Part shown: positions 8,795 through 18,105 of the stretch, one piece after another
Position numbering within the stretch: the first letter of the stretch is position 1
Layout: each line of letters starts with the position of its first letter
IMG/VR virus record: IMGVR_UViG_3300020045_005886
Span: 1-27,419 of that record
Source: a virus
Taxonomy: Duplodnaviria; Caudoviricetes
Reading direction: 5' to 3' (one strand)
DNA length: 27,419 nt
Notes under the pieces: model-generated
What the model was told of the DNA's origin: nothing
Seen by the model: only the letters and a program-made list of their open reading frames with translations
Databases searched by the model: none
Position numbers and translations under genes: made by a program

Positions 8795-9987
8795 GCTGTG
8801 TTTATTCTGTAATCAATATGTATAATTTGCCGCAGCCCGTTTATACCACCTGAATATTCAACCTTTTTAATCTTATACAATCCATCTCTTTCAGGTAAAA
8901 CCGGATCCCTCACATCTGCATTGTCGCCCTGTTGTACAAACGGAATCCCGAATGTTGTAAAAGTCCCCCTGAAACCGTCGTAATAAAACTTTACCAGGTG
9001 GTTGTAAGCATTGTTACCAAGCTCGGTCACTGTTTTTGCGCCTGGATCAAAGTACGTCCGTCTTTCGCCCTCTATATTTTCAGGTGGTGGCTGTCCTGGC
9101 TGGATTACATAATCAGGCTGCCTTACCCCGTTCTTTATTGTAACTAAAACAGATATACGACGGCGCTTTGTCTTTGCTGATCCATCTTTGCACACACCCC
9201 CTGTATCTACAGTCAACGTATTATGAGCAATGACAGACAGAACAATATCATCTTTGCGTTGGTATTCAAGTTCATCGCTTATAATGTTTTCCTGGAATTT
9301 AAAGTACTGCGTCTGCGCTTCATCTTCAACATAAATAATAATACCACCCCTTAGCTGGTCATCCTTAAAGAAAAACTCAAATCCATATTGCTTTTGCAGT
9401 CTTTGTAAAACCTGTGCAACCGTTTCGTTACCTACCTGAAATTCACCAAACGTCGTTTTTGTAAGCGCTTTAAAAGTAAAATTTGCTTTATGTACTGAGT
9501 TTACCTTGCCAATAAGGTATTCTAAAATATCTTCCATAGTATCACTGCCTGAAAATGTTTTTGTATCAACAGGGGTCTGTTTACACAGCCACATATTATC
9601 CTCCAGTTCTACTTCAATAGGGATCTTGCTTTTTACTTTTGAAATAAAACCGGTAAAAAATATAGCAGTGTCTAAAATTTCACGCCCTGTTTTATTGTAA
9701 TACTTATACCCGGCCTCTATTTGTACTCTGTCACCCCGCAATAGTAAAGGAACTAAACCAAAACCCCCGATGTTTATATTTGTACCGTGCAATGGCTGCA
9801 TTTTACCAAAAGCATCTTTATAGTAAAGGTTTTTTGGCAGCGCTAATGTCCCGGTATCTGTAAGGTCACGCCAACAGCTTTCTGAAGTAAACTCATTCAC
9901 GAAATCGAATGTTAATACGCCGGTACGTGCCGGGTATTTATCCGATTTTCTCTGTGTGATCGTAATATTTGTTACACATCTGTACAT
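8791..9987 (-). CDS. Baseplate hub (gpD / Mu gp44-like)
   Basis: F.GFISKV...PIEVELEDNMW and GTFTTFGIPFVQQGD...GLYKIKKV patterns; synteny. Confidence 0.75.
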   Translation of the reverse strand: MYRCVTNITITQRKSDKYPARTGVLTFDFVNEFTSESCWRDLTDTGTLALPKNLYYKDAFGKMQPLHGTNINIGGFGLVPLLLRGDRVQIEAGYKYYNKTGREILDTAIFFTGFISKVKSKIPIEVELEDNMWLCKQTPVDTKTFSGSDTMEDILEYLIGKVNSVHKANFTFKALTKTTFGEFQVGNETVAQVLQRLQKQYGFEFFFKDDQLRGGIIIYVEDEAQTQYFKFQENIISDELEYQRKDDIVLSVIAHNTLTVDTGGVCKDGSAKTKRRRISVLVTIKNGVRQPDYVIQPGQPPPENIEGERRTYFDPGAKTVTELGNNAYNHLVKFYYDGFRGTFTTFGIPFVQQGDNADVRDPVLPERDGLYKIKKVEYSGGINGLRQIIHIDYRINTA

Positions 9988-10610
9988 TATATACCATTTA
10001 ACCTTAACTGTTGTGGCACATCAGATTTAAAGGTTATTGAAAAAGTTTGGTACGAATACCCCCCGGCCTGCTGCTCAAAAACGTAATCCATTACCACCAA
10101 ACTTTGTATTCCCAGGTTCTGCAGGTACGCACACGCAACATCTATAGCAACGGGAGCATCAAGCATCTTTTTTAATTGAGCGATTTCATCAACAGGGTGA
10201 ATTCCATTTGCCCCGGTTATAATCCCGTTTACTACAACCTGGTAATCATCCAGTCCAATATATTCTTTTACCGTCCCGTCCCGTCCCTGTATCTCTGTGG
10301 TTATTATTTTTTTTGCCTGCGATACGGTAATAAGAACCGCATCGTATATCTTACCGTTGGTTGTAATAACCCTGCCCTGGTTATCGGTGTATTCAACATC
10401 CAAAAAATGAATATTTGAATAAACAGGTGTATTAAGTGCCGATGTTGATAACGGTTCATCCTTTGGTGACCCTTGTGGGATATTATAATTACCGGGCTGC
10501 TTGCCTATGTTTGATTTTAATATGCTGTAATGTACGCCTGTAGCAATAAAAACACTGTCAGGTATTTTAAACGCCCGACGTATCTGCGTCAATGTGTTTT
10601 CTGATGGCAT
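9987..10610 (-). CDS. Tail tube initiator-like protein (DUF6046-like)
   Basis: KKIITTEIQGRDGTVKEYIGLDDYQV..NG motif; directly follows the tape measure gene. Confidence 0.75.
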   Translation of the reverse strand: MPSENTLTQIRRAFKIPDSVFIATGVHYSILKSNIGKQPGNYNIPQGSPKDEPLSTSALNTPVYSNIHFLDVEYTDNQGRVITTNGKIYDAVLITVSQAKKIITTEIQGRDGTVKEYIGLDDYQVVVNGIITGANGIHPVDEIAQLKKMLDAPVAIDVACAYLQNLGIQSLVVMDYVFEQQAGGYSYQTFSITFKSDVPQQLRLNGI

Positions 10611-10611
10611 A

Positions 10612-12144
10612 TTACGAGTTTGAAGCTACAATTTGAAAGTCATTTACAGCACCGGTTAAAGCGGCAACTACTCTATCGTGCAACTCCTTTGCACCCTCTT
10701 TAATATTCGTTGTGTTGATGATCGTTTCACCAAGTTTCTGAATAGTAACATTTATGGTTACTGATTTTGAACCAGTGGCTTTAGTTTTTGCATCCGGTTT
10801 AACTTTTTCACCTAACCCGGCAACAGGGGTTTTGATATCCGCTTTTGTAGGTATTAACCCCTCATCTCTGATCTCGAATAAGGCAGCCATTTTTTCGCCA
10901 AGTTTTTGGGCCTTATCGGCATCCTTCCCTTGTACCGACCCTAATTGCTGCATTACACTTTCCAACTGCATTTCTACAGCTTTCTTCTGTGCAGCTTCAG
11001 GGCTTATGCCTGATTTTTCCAGCTTTAACTTTATCCCGGCAACAGCAGCCCTTTCCTCTGCTTTTGCTAAATCTATCATTGACCGCTCTGTATCGTTGAC
11101 AGCTTTATCCATTTGCCTGGTATTCATGTCAACCATTTGGTTGTATGCGAATACAACACCACCGATAGCAGCAGCAAGCAAACCAATAGGACCTAAAGCG
11201 ACTGTTGATGCCACGCCAACAGCCTCAATCCCGGTAACAGCAACGGCGCTTGATGCACCTATAGCGGCCATTATAGCACTGGCTCCGCTAAGTACTTTAA
11301 AGGCCACCCATGCCGTGCCTAATGCAATAGCAAGGTTTTTTAAACCAGTTGCATTTTCTTTGATCCAATGAAGTGTATTCTTAAAACCATTTGCTACAGC
11401 GATAAGCACAGGCATCAATTCTTCTTTTAACTGATCCAGCATTTCACCCAGCATAACCTTGTTTTCTTCCATTGTCTTATCCAGCCTGAATGACTTATCA
11501 GCTTCAGCAGCGGCCAATGCAGAACCGCCGAATTCTACCTGTAGCTCCTTTAATATCAACGCCTGTGCCTCTGCAGCACGGTTTGTATTTACCAATGTTT
11601 TTATTAATGCCTGCTGGTCTTTGCTGAAATTTACACCGGCCCGGCGCAATGCTGTTATACCTCGTTCCGGGTCTTGCAGTGCCTTGCCTACCTGAATAGC
11701 TGATGACTTTAAATCAGTTCCTAAACGGGTTGACATATCCTGAATAATAGCCGAAGCCTCCCCGAATGTTTGTTTTGTAACGGATGGGAATGTAAGTAAT
11801 ACAGACTGCATCCCCAATATTTCAGACTGCGTGAATTTTAAATTATGTGCGGTTTCTTCAGCCCCTTTTTTTAGTTCATCAAAAGTTAAACCCGCTGCCC
11901 CGCCTGTACTCTTTACAGCCGCCTCAACCTGGCTCATTGAAAACTCCATTTTATCCCATTCCCGATTTGCATCATGTGCAAAGTCGGCAAGTTTGAAAGC
12001 AGCTAATCCGATACCAATACCACCAATAAGCCCTTTTACGGAACCCAGCGACCTTTCCAGTGCATTTACACGGCCCGTTGCCCCGTCAATACCGGCGGAG
12101 AGTTTATCCCGTAACCCTAATTCGTATATTACTTGTTCTGTCAT
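10612..12144 (-). CDS. Tape measure protein (510 aa)
   Basis: Ala/Gly-rich helical protein; AIQVGKALQDPERGITALRRAGV motif; hydrophobic central segment; follows the tail chaperone. Confidence 0.9.
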   Translation of the reverse strand: MTEQVIYELGLRDKLSAGIDGATGRVNALERSLGSVKGLIGGIGIGLAAFKLADFAHDANREWDKMEFSMSQVEAAVKSTGGAAGLTFDELKKGAEETAHNLKFTQSEILGMQSVLLTFPSVTKQTFGEASAIIQDMSTRLGTDLKSSAIQVGKALQDPERGITALRRAGVNFSKDQQALIKTLVNTNRAAEAQALILKELQVEFGGSALAAAEADKSFRLDKTMEENKVMLGEMLDQLKEELMPVLIAVANGFKNTLHWIKENATGLKNLAIALGTAWVAFKVLSGASAIMAAIGASSAVAVTGIEAVGVASTVALGPIGLLAAAIGGVVFAYNQMVDMNTRQMDKAVNDTERSMIDLAKAEERAAVAGIKLKLEKSGISPEAAQKKAVEMQLESVMQQLGSVQGKDADKAQKLGEKMAALFEIRDEGLIPTKADIKTPVAGLGEKVKPDAKTKATGSKSVTINVTIQKLGETIINTTNIKEGAKELHDRVVAALTGAVNDFQIVASNS

Positions 12145-12311
12145 TCAAATTTTACTTGGTGTACAACTTCTAAATAATATTTAACCTGCCCCCAGGCTTT
12201 ATGCCATTCATCCTCGTTCATGGTATCAGGGTCTAAATGCAAAACGCACCGGATGAAAGCGGACATCCTGCCTCTCATCTCGGTGCTATTCGAAATTTCG
12301 TATTCTACTAT
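12141..12311 (-). CDS. -1 frame extension of the tail assembly chaperone (GT-type product)
   Basis: Open -1 frame of 56 codons (IVEYEISN...LHLDPDTMNEDEWHKAW...VKFE*) from the A9 run to an ATGA overlap with the tape measure start. Confidence 0.8.
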   Translation of the reverse strand: MVEYEISNSTEMRGRMSAFIRCVLHLDPDTMNEDEWHKAWGQVKYYLEVVHQVKFE

Positions 12312-12679
12312 TTTTTTTTAAACTGATTTTGTAATCTACGCACCATAAGAATGGCATAATCAACAACACCTAATTTGTACCTATCGCACTCCGGGCTGTC
12401 CCCGTATGTTATTGCATCTGATGCCTCTTTAATTATACATGCCTGCCTTAATTCCTCCCCGGCTATGTACGGGCCAACAGTGAGCGCCTTATCCATTACA
12501 GTAAGCTTTGTTACATAGTTAGGCTCACTTAAGTAACAAACTTTGCGTTCCAATGTATCAGGGTCAATCTGTACAATAGGATGAACCTTTGATACGTTCT
12601 TTTCACGGGCCAAAGCGTCTGCTTTTTCCTGGTATTCCTGAATTTCCTGCTCTGTTAATTCTGCTGTTAATTCACTCAT
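12308..12679 (-). CDS. Tail assembly chaperone (G-type)
   Basis: Lies between tube and tape measure; ends TTT AAA AAA AAA TAG. Confidence 0.8.
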   Translation of the reverse strand: MSELTAELTEQEIQEYQEKADALAREKNVSKVHPIVQIDPDTLERKVCYLSEPNYVTKLTVMDKALTVGPYIAGEELRQACIIKEASDAITYGDSPECDRYKLGVVDYAILMVRRLQNQFKKK

Positions 12680-13092
12680 CGGTCAATACCTCCTATTATT
12701 AAAGGAATTTTTACTGTTAATTTTGTGTCACCTGATTTGCTCTCCAATGGGTCTTCCATAAACTCACAGGCCCTTAAAACATCCTTTGTTGCAAGCACTC
12801 CTGTGCCGTTGAATGTAACCGGGATATCAAACGGTGGTATTTGTAATGGATCTCTGTTTGGTGAAGCTGCGATAAATGCCTTCCATTCATCCAGGTAAAC
12901 TTCGATATCGCCCTCGTATTCACGCTGACCATACCCCCTGCTAACAGGTTCAACCCCCGCCCCGTAATTATTGGTCTTTGTCTGTTTTCTTTTGTAGTTA
13001 ATCGAAACAATACCAGTTAACGGCGTACCAAACGGGTTAACGCTTATGTTAGACCAGGAATAATTTGTACCGTTAATTAATGGAGTTGGCAT
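12676..13092 (-). CDS. Tail tube protein
   Basis: LINGTNYSW and NNYGAGVEPVSRGYG motifs; 138 aa; follows the sheath gene. Confidence 0.85.
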   Translation of the reverse strand: MPTPLINGTNYSWSNISVNPFGTPLTGIVSINYKRKQTKTNNYGAGVEPVSRGYGQREYEGDIEVYLDEWKAFIAASPNRDPLQIPPFDIPVTFNGTGVLATKDVLRACEFMEDPLESKSGDTKLTVKIPLIIGGIDR

Positions 13093-13095
13093 ATT

Positions 13096-14652
13096 TTATG
13101 AAATTGATGGCTTAAAACCGATAGGCACAACGATATATCGTGCCACCCCGTTTATTACCAATGTTACTGCAATAATTATTTGCGATGTACTTAAAACATT
13201 TTGAGCTGGGTTAATAACCACAGACTTTGCGCTTAATTCGCCATCCCTAACCATAGCATCAAGAGCAACATCTCCCTGACTTTCCAGGTATGCTACCGTT
13301 GTTTCGCTCAAAGTACCGTCTGCATTTAGCTGTAACGGACTGTTAAGCGATGGCAATAAGGCTGCATAAAGTACCCTGGTAGCCTTATCTATTGTCCTGT
13401 TGTTTTCGATGTAAGCGTAATCACTTGTTACGGCAATAGCGGTATGGCTGTCATTCCAGAATGAACCGGAAAGTCCAATAAATTTTTTAAGGAAAACATG
13501 GCGCTTTGCGTTTAATGCTTCCAGCAGGTTATCCGTGATCGCTATATCTGTAAACTTTTGACCGTTGGCAAAGCCTAAAACTTCACACTCAGTACCGTTA
13601 CTGATATTGAAATTACCAACCCAGCCAATATCCTCACTTACCTTTGATTTTGCAACTGTTCCCAGCATAGCACCCAAACATGTAGAACTTTTACCGGTTG
13701 TTAAAAACAGGTAATTACCCTGTGCGGCTCCATCCTGTGCAATACAATCACTTACTTTATTTGCCGTAAGTAAAGAAAGGTCGGTTAAGGCTGAAATATC
13801 AGCGGTGCCGCTAAGATCAGCGCCGTATATTGCCGATAATGGTTTATGAGCGGTATCATTCGTAACGCAAACGGTATTTATGGCCGTTAAATCAGCGGTT
13901 GCATATGCAGCAGCAGGGTCTTTAAATACCCCGATCTGCCTTATAGTGCCACCTGCAAAGGTTTGCATGTAAGAAATTTCAGTAAACACATAAGGCGAAG
14001 GCACTGCATAAAAACCTACGTACAAAACGCCCTGTGGCTGTAGCCTGAAAAATTCGCTGATATGGTAATGCCAAACAGCCAACCTGGAAGCAACGCCAAC
14101 TGTAGCGGCTGCAGGCTGTGTTAACGTACCGGCAATAGTACCAACAATAGTGACCGCCATCGGCGTGCCTGTGTTTAAATATATACCTAACCTTTTTGGA
14201 GCTGTTATAGTAACCGTCGCTGTGTTAACTGTTGCAGAATAACCGTGTGTTATTGTGCCGGCGTTTATTACAGCAGCTATAGCAGTTGCAACCAGGGCAA
14301 CCGTTGTGTCGCCCGCAACTTTTGTATAAGTGCCAAGATCAATAGTCTGAGCAACGCCCAATGTATCAATATCGGTAACACTTATTTGCAAGGTGTCTGC
14401 ATTAACACCAATAGCTGTGACTAAATAAGTTCCTGCAGCAGCGGTTGCATCTGAATAGTCATCTGTTACACCAGCCGTTTCTGCATCGGTTAAAGCATAA
14501 AACGCCTTAACCCTGTCAGATGTTGAAAAACCGGATGGTAGATTACCGTTAGCTGTGTATATCAACATACCGCTGATATAATCCTGCCCCGGTAGTGCCC
14601 GGCCTAACCCGCCCTGCCCTTTTTGGAAAACTATTGATGGTAAAGTTGCCAT
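13096..14652 (-). CDS. Contractile tail sheath protein (DUF2586-like)
   Basis: GQGGLGR N-terminus; SDYAYIENNRTIDKATR; INPAQNVLST...GVARYI.V.IGF C-terminus. Confidence 0.85.
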   Translation of the reverse strand: MATLPSIVFQKGQGGLGRALPGQDYISGMLIYTANGNLPSGFSTSDRVKAFYALTDAETAGVTDDYSDATAAAGTYLVTAIGVNADTLQISVTDIDTLGVAQTIDLGTYTKVAGDTTVALVATAIAAVINAGTITHGYSATVNTATVTITAPKRLGIYLNTGTPMAVTIVGTIAGTLTQPAAATVGVASRLAVWHYHISEFFRLQPQGVLYVGFYAVPSPYVFTEISYMQTFAGGTIRQIGVFKDPAAAYATADLTAINTVCVTNDTAHKPLSAIYGADLSGTADISALTDLSLLTANKVSDCIAQDGAAQGNYLFLTTGKSSTCLGAMLGTVAKSKVSEDIGWVGNFNISNGTECEVLGFANGQKFTDIAITDNLLEALNAKRHVFLKKFIGLSGSFWNDSHTAIAVTSDYAYIENNRTIDKATRVLYAALLPSLNSPLQLNADGTLSETTVAYLESQGDVALDAMVRDGELSAKSVVINPAQNVLSTSQIIIAVTLVINGVARYIVVPIGFKPSIS

Positions 14653-14685
14653 TGAATTAATTTATTATAGCCCGAAAGCTGTTAA

Positions 14686-15066
14686 TTAAGCCTGAATTGC
14701 CCGGCTCATTTCCTGCCATCCGGTGCCATCAAACATGAATTCAGCAGACACCGTTTTAGATGCTACAGTGGTTAATGTTCCTGAAGGCTGAAACCCTGTT
14801 GAAAATGTTACAATACGGATCGAGGCATCTGATTTGATCAGAAACCTTACTGTATCGCCGACAAACGGGGCCGTTGTTGAAGTACCAACGCCAATAGTCA
14901 GGGTTAAAGCACCTGTTAAGGTTATTTTAACCAGGGTATTGGAGGCATAATCCTTTGTCGCAATGGCAATAGAGGCCGCATAAGCAGGGGCCTGGTAATC
15001 ATTGTATGCCCGGCGGTCTGTGTTATCAGTACCGGCTGACCCTGTAAATCTTGCTGTAGTTGACAT
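14686..15066 (-). CDS. Hypothetical beta-rich virion protein (possible head decoration)
   Basis: Thr/Ala-rich, 126 aa, between capsid and sheath; function inferred from position only. Confidence 0.55.
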   Translation of the reverse strand: MSTTARFTGSAGTDNTDRRAYNDYQAPAYAASIAIATKDYASNTLVKITLTGALTLTIGVGTSTTAPFVGDTVRFLIKSDASIRIVTFSTGFQPSGTLTTVASKTVSAEFMFDGTGWQEMSRAIQA

Positions 15067-15088
15067 TATTTTTAATTTAAAATTTTAA

Positions 15089-15286
15089 TTATTCGGTTTC
15101 CTTTGCCGGTTTTTCCTTTGCCGGTTTTGTTTCTTTAACCTTTGCACCTAAAACCTCATTACGTGTAACGCATTCAGGATAAGCAGGGTGCCCAAAGTGA
15201 CACCACTCCCCCGCATCGTTTAGCCATACCTGCTGCAGATTTGGCTGTGATTCAAAATGAGCTTTTAATTCCGATGTAATATTCAT
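15089..15286 (-). CDS. Small hypothetical protein with Lys/Glu/Pro tail
   Basis: Follows the capsid gene; C-terminal KPAKE repeated twice. Confidence 0.6.
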   Translation of the reverse strand: MNITSELKAHFESQPNLQQVWLNDAGEWCHFGHPAYPECVTRNEVLGAKVKETKPAKEKPAKETE

Positions 15287-15297
15287 TGTTAAAAGTT

Positions 15298-16392
15298 TTA
15301 AGCTAAGTAAAGAACTGTTTCAGAGTTCCATCCGATTTGAACGTCAACCTTCATAAGCATTTTGATGAACCACAGCTCACTGTTATTTTGTACACGCTGT
15401 AATTCCAGTTTAGCGTCATCGGTACTGTTCATACCAACCCAAAGATTTGATTCAGGTGTAGGCATACCCTTTGCGATGAAATAAAAGTTATCAGGCAAAT
15501 CATTGATCTTTACAATCTCACGACCCTTAAACATTGACACGCCGTCCATTGTAATATCCCGACCCTTGTAAGTTTGTGCAATTTGATACTGCATGTACAG
15601 ATCATAGGTTGCGTATGACATAAATATTTTCATATTCTTATCATACTTCAATGCGTTTGGTATCAAAGTCCAACCACGAAGCAACTCCCCGGCAATATTT
15701 ACAGCGGTTAATGCAATTGGTGAACTAACAACGGCTGTTTGGTCAGAGCCACTGTTTGCATTTTGTGCATTTTTAATAAACCCATTCCAGTATTTATAAA
15801 TGGTAGTTAAAGCAGTAGAACTATTCCACAGCGCTTTGTTTAGATACCTGTCATGGCGCTTCAATACCTCCTGGATAACAACGCTTTCAACAGTTGCCGG
15901 TAATGTGCGGTCAATGATTGTAGGGTTTAACTGAGTTGCAAACCAGTGAGCTTCATAATCACGGGGGTTGAATTCTGTGTAAATCATGTAATCTGCAGGG
16001 GTCAATACATGGCCATCAACGGTCATAGTGCCCTTGCTAACAGGGGTGGCTGCACGATCCTGTACAAAATCTTCATAATCCGCATCCCAGCGTGGTATGG
16101 TAAATTTCTTTTTAATTCCGTCTTTTACATACACATGGCCACCCTGTACGGTTTCGTTGCCAGTTATCGCCTTAACAATAAATGTACTGGCCGCCTCACC
16201 GGCATAGGTTGTGTCGCTGATTACAAAGCCGTCGTAAATTAAACCGCCTGTAATAGGCACTTTAATAAATCCCTTTACAAAACCAGCAATAAGCAATAAA
16301 CTGGCTGTTAAAATTGCCGGAATACCTGCAAATGAAAGCAGGGTAGATACCAGGGCAATTAAAAATAGTGAGTTAAAAATTTTCTGTTTCAT
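15298..16392 (-). CDS. Major capsid protein with hydrophobic N-terminal extension
   Basis: Immediately follows the ClpP/scaffold gene; about 310 aa body beginning near DTTYAGE; size and position fit an HK97-fold capsid protein. Confidence 0.75.
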   Translation of the reverse strand: MKQKIFNSLFLIALVSTLLSFAGIPAILTASLLLIAGFVKGFIKVPITGGLIYDGFVISDTTYAGEAASTFIVKAITGNETVQGGHVYVKDGIKKKFTIPRWDADYEDFVQDRAATPVSKGTMTVDGHVLTPADYMIYTEFNPRDYEAHWFATQLNPTIIDRTLPATVESVVIQEVLKRHDRYLNKALWNSSTALTTIYKYWNGFIKNAQNANSGSDQTAVVSSPIALTAVNIAGELLRGWTLIPNALKYDKNMKIFMSYATYDLYMQYQIAQTYKGRDITMDGVSMFKGREIVKINDLPDNFYFIAKGMPTPESNLWVGMNSTDDAKLELQRVQNNSELWFIKMLMKVDVQIGWNSETVLYLA

Positions 16393-16393
16393 C

Positions 16394-17518
16394 TTATGCT
16401 GTTTTGTTTTTTAATTTGTTTTCAATGGCAAACATTATACCCTGTGCGGTTCCTGCTGCTTTTACTGCATCCTGGCTGATTGACACATCCTCGATCTTAT
16501 TGGACACCTTACTCAATGGCAGGTCTTCAATAAGTTTCTTTGTACCATCAAAATCAGTTACTGCCAGTGCTTTCCATTTAGATATTGTTTCGGCATCATT
16601 TTTAATACGGCCAACTTTTGCGAAGGCTGTAACCATTGTTACTGCTTTTTCTTCAGCGGCAACGGTTGCATCTTCTTCAGCTTTATCTGTTATATCTTTC
16701 AACTTAGCTTCAACTTCAGTAACCTTTTTTGCGCTTTCTTCCAGAGCGTCTTTGGCGGTTTTTAATTCGCCTTCAAGCTTCGTTTTTTCAGAAGCGGCGG
16801 TATTGGTAACCTCTGTTAACTTATTTTCAATGGCATCAATAGCTGAGATGATTGCATCTTCGCTGGCTTCTGCATTAAGATTAAGTTTTGCGGTAATTTT
16901 TTTCATATCGTTTGTATTTTTGAAAACATTGTTTACAATATCAGTGGCGACACCCCACATTATCCGGGCATCATTAACGGCTGCCATCCTTTTACGGTTA
17001 AGCTCATTCGATGCAACAACCTCCGTACAAAACCCTTTCTCAAAACATTCAGATGATTTTATCCATGATGTTTTTTCCATAAGGTAGCCAACGGCATCAG
17101 CAGTTAAAGAACTCTTTGCTGAAAGCATTGTTGCAATAGAATCCCTTAAAGATTCAAGTGCTTTTTTGTCATCGCTACCTGCAGGGTTATGTAACATAAG
17201 TTTTGCATAATCGGCCATGTACCTTTTACGCCCGGCCATAAAACAAACTCCACCCATTGAGGCTGCTATTCCAACATTATGCGTATCAACAGGGGTTTTT
17301 GATTTTAATATGGCATTGTAGATTGACATTCCCTCAATCACATTCCCGCCGGGGCAGTTAATATAGACATGGATTGTTTTTTTACCCATGTTATCCAGGG
17401 CTAATAATTCAGCAGCAAAAGCGCTGCCATCAATACCCGCACCGTCTTCAGGATCGAACCCGATGTGCTTATCCAGCATCATTATCGGTTCATCTATGTT
17501 GGGATTAATGCAATACAT
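16394..17518 (-). CDS. ClpP-like prohead protease fused to a coiled-coil scaffold
   Basis: YINCPGG.V.EG..IYN, GIAASMG (catalytic Ser) and LMLHNP (His); C-terminal Ala/Glu/Lys-rich helical region. Confidence 0.9.
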   Translation of the reverse strand: MYCINPNIDEPIMMLDKHIGFDPEDGAGIDGSAFAAELLALDNMGKKTIHVYINCPGGNVIEGMSIYNAILKSKTPVDTHNVGIAASMGGVCFMAGRKRYMADYAKLMLHNPAGSDDKKALESLRDSIATMLSAKSSLTADAVGYLMEKTSWIKSSECFEKGFCTEVVASNELNRKRMAAVNDARIMWGVATDIVNNVFKNTNDMKKITAKLNLNAEASEDAIISAIDAIENKLTEVTNTAASEKTKLEGELKTAKDALEESAKKVTEVEAKLKDITDKAEEDATVAAEEKAVTMVTAFAKVGRIKNDAETISKWKALAVTDFDGTKKLIEDLPLSKVSNKIEDVSISQDAVKAAGTAQGIMFAIENKLKNKTA

Positions 17519-17522
17519 ACCG

Positions 17523-17530
17523 TAAACTTA
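17523..17530 (-). promoter_or_regulatory. -7-like promoter element immediately upstream of the protease ATG
   Basis: TAAGTTTA on the minus strand, 4 nt before the ATG at 17518; variant of the Bacteroidota TAnnTTTG consensus. Confidence 0.45.
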
Positions 17531-17609
17531 GTTACGTTGTATTACTAAGGTTGAAAAGTACCGTACCTTTTTAGGACCGGACTATAAAATACACCTCATT
17601 CTCATTAAC

Positions 17610-18105
17610 CGTATCATGGCAACAAGGCAATGAAAAAAGCCTATAATTAGTCCTTATGCTAAACAGGCACACAGGCCAACATAATGTATTTAAGAAAAAC
17701 CTTTGCCACTGGCGAAGATAAAATCGGAGATTATGGAGGAAAATGAACTTTTATTAATAGCAAAAGCTCTTAGATTAGAAGGCTGTAAATTTGCATCTTT
17801 AGAAATTGCTATGCAAAAAAATAATTCAGAATTATACTCTGATTATTTAAAAGAGTTTGAAAAAAGAAAACTGTCTATACAAAATGAGTTAGATAGTATA
17901 GACACTATATTGAATGAACTATCTCTAAATCCTTAACAGCGTTTTCAAGTATTTTAATTATTTCGCCCTTGTGGGGCGATGCTCCGCAGTTTTTTTTCTT
18001 AAATACATTCACAAAACCAACGCTACGCAGCAAACCTGCTTTAACATAACGCATTTTCATTATAGTCTTTTTCATTTTATATAGTTTTTATGTTGCCATG
18101 ATACG
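17610..18105. repeat. Long interrupted inverted repeat (four blocks) flanking an inserted ORF
   Basis: 17610-17624 vs 18091-18105 (15/15); 17629-17647 vs 18059-18076; 17654-17667 vs 18035-18049; 17683-17699 vs 17993-18009 (17/17). Confidence 0.85.
17733..17936 (+). CDS. AT-rich helical hypothetical protein (67 aa), opposite to the late operon
   Basis: ORF track gives 17703..17936; ATG at 17733 (MEENELL...); lies wholly inside the loop of the inverted repeat. Confidence 0.55.
   Translation: MEENELLLIAKALRLEGCKFASLEIAMQKNNSELYSDYLKEFEKRKLSIQNELDSIDTILNELSLNP

Noticed and set aside
7778-14652. Stand-alone contractile injection system or tailocin
   Set aside because: Terminase, portal, protease and capsid genes are present, so this is phage morphogenesis.
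14664-14686. Small UUCG-loop hairpin before the sheath gene
   Set aside because: The stem is short with a G.U pair and has no U-tract, so it is too weak to call a terminator.
15097-15130. Short tandem repeat encoding KPAKE twice
   Set aside because: An ordinary low-complexity protein tail.
17905-18075. 56 aa minus-strand ORF (MKKTIMKMRY...) in the right arm of the inverted repeat
   Set aside because: It overlaps the repeat blocks and the end of the plus ORF, and the equivalent frame in the left arm stops after 6 codons. Probably incidental, though not excluded.
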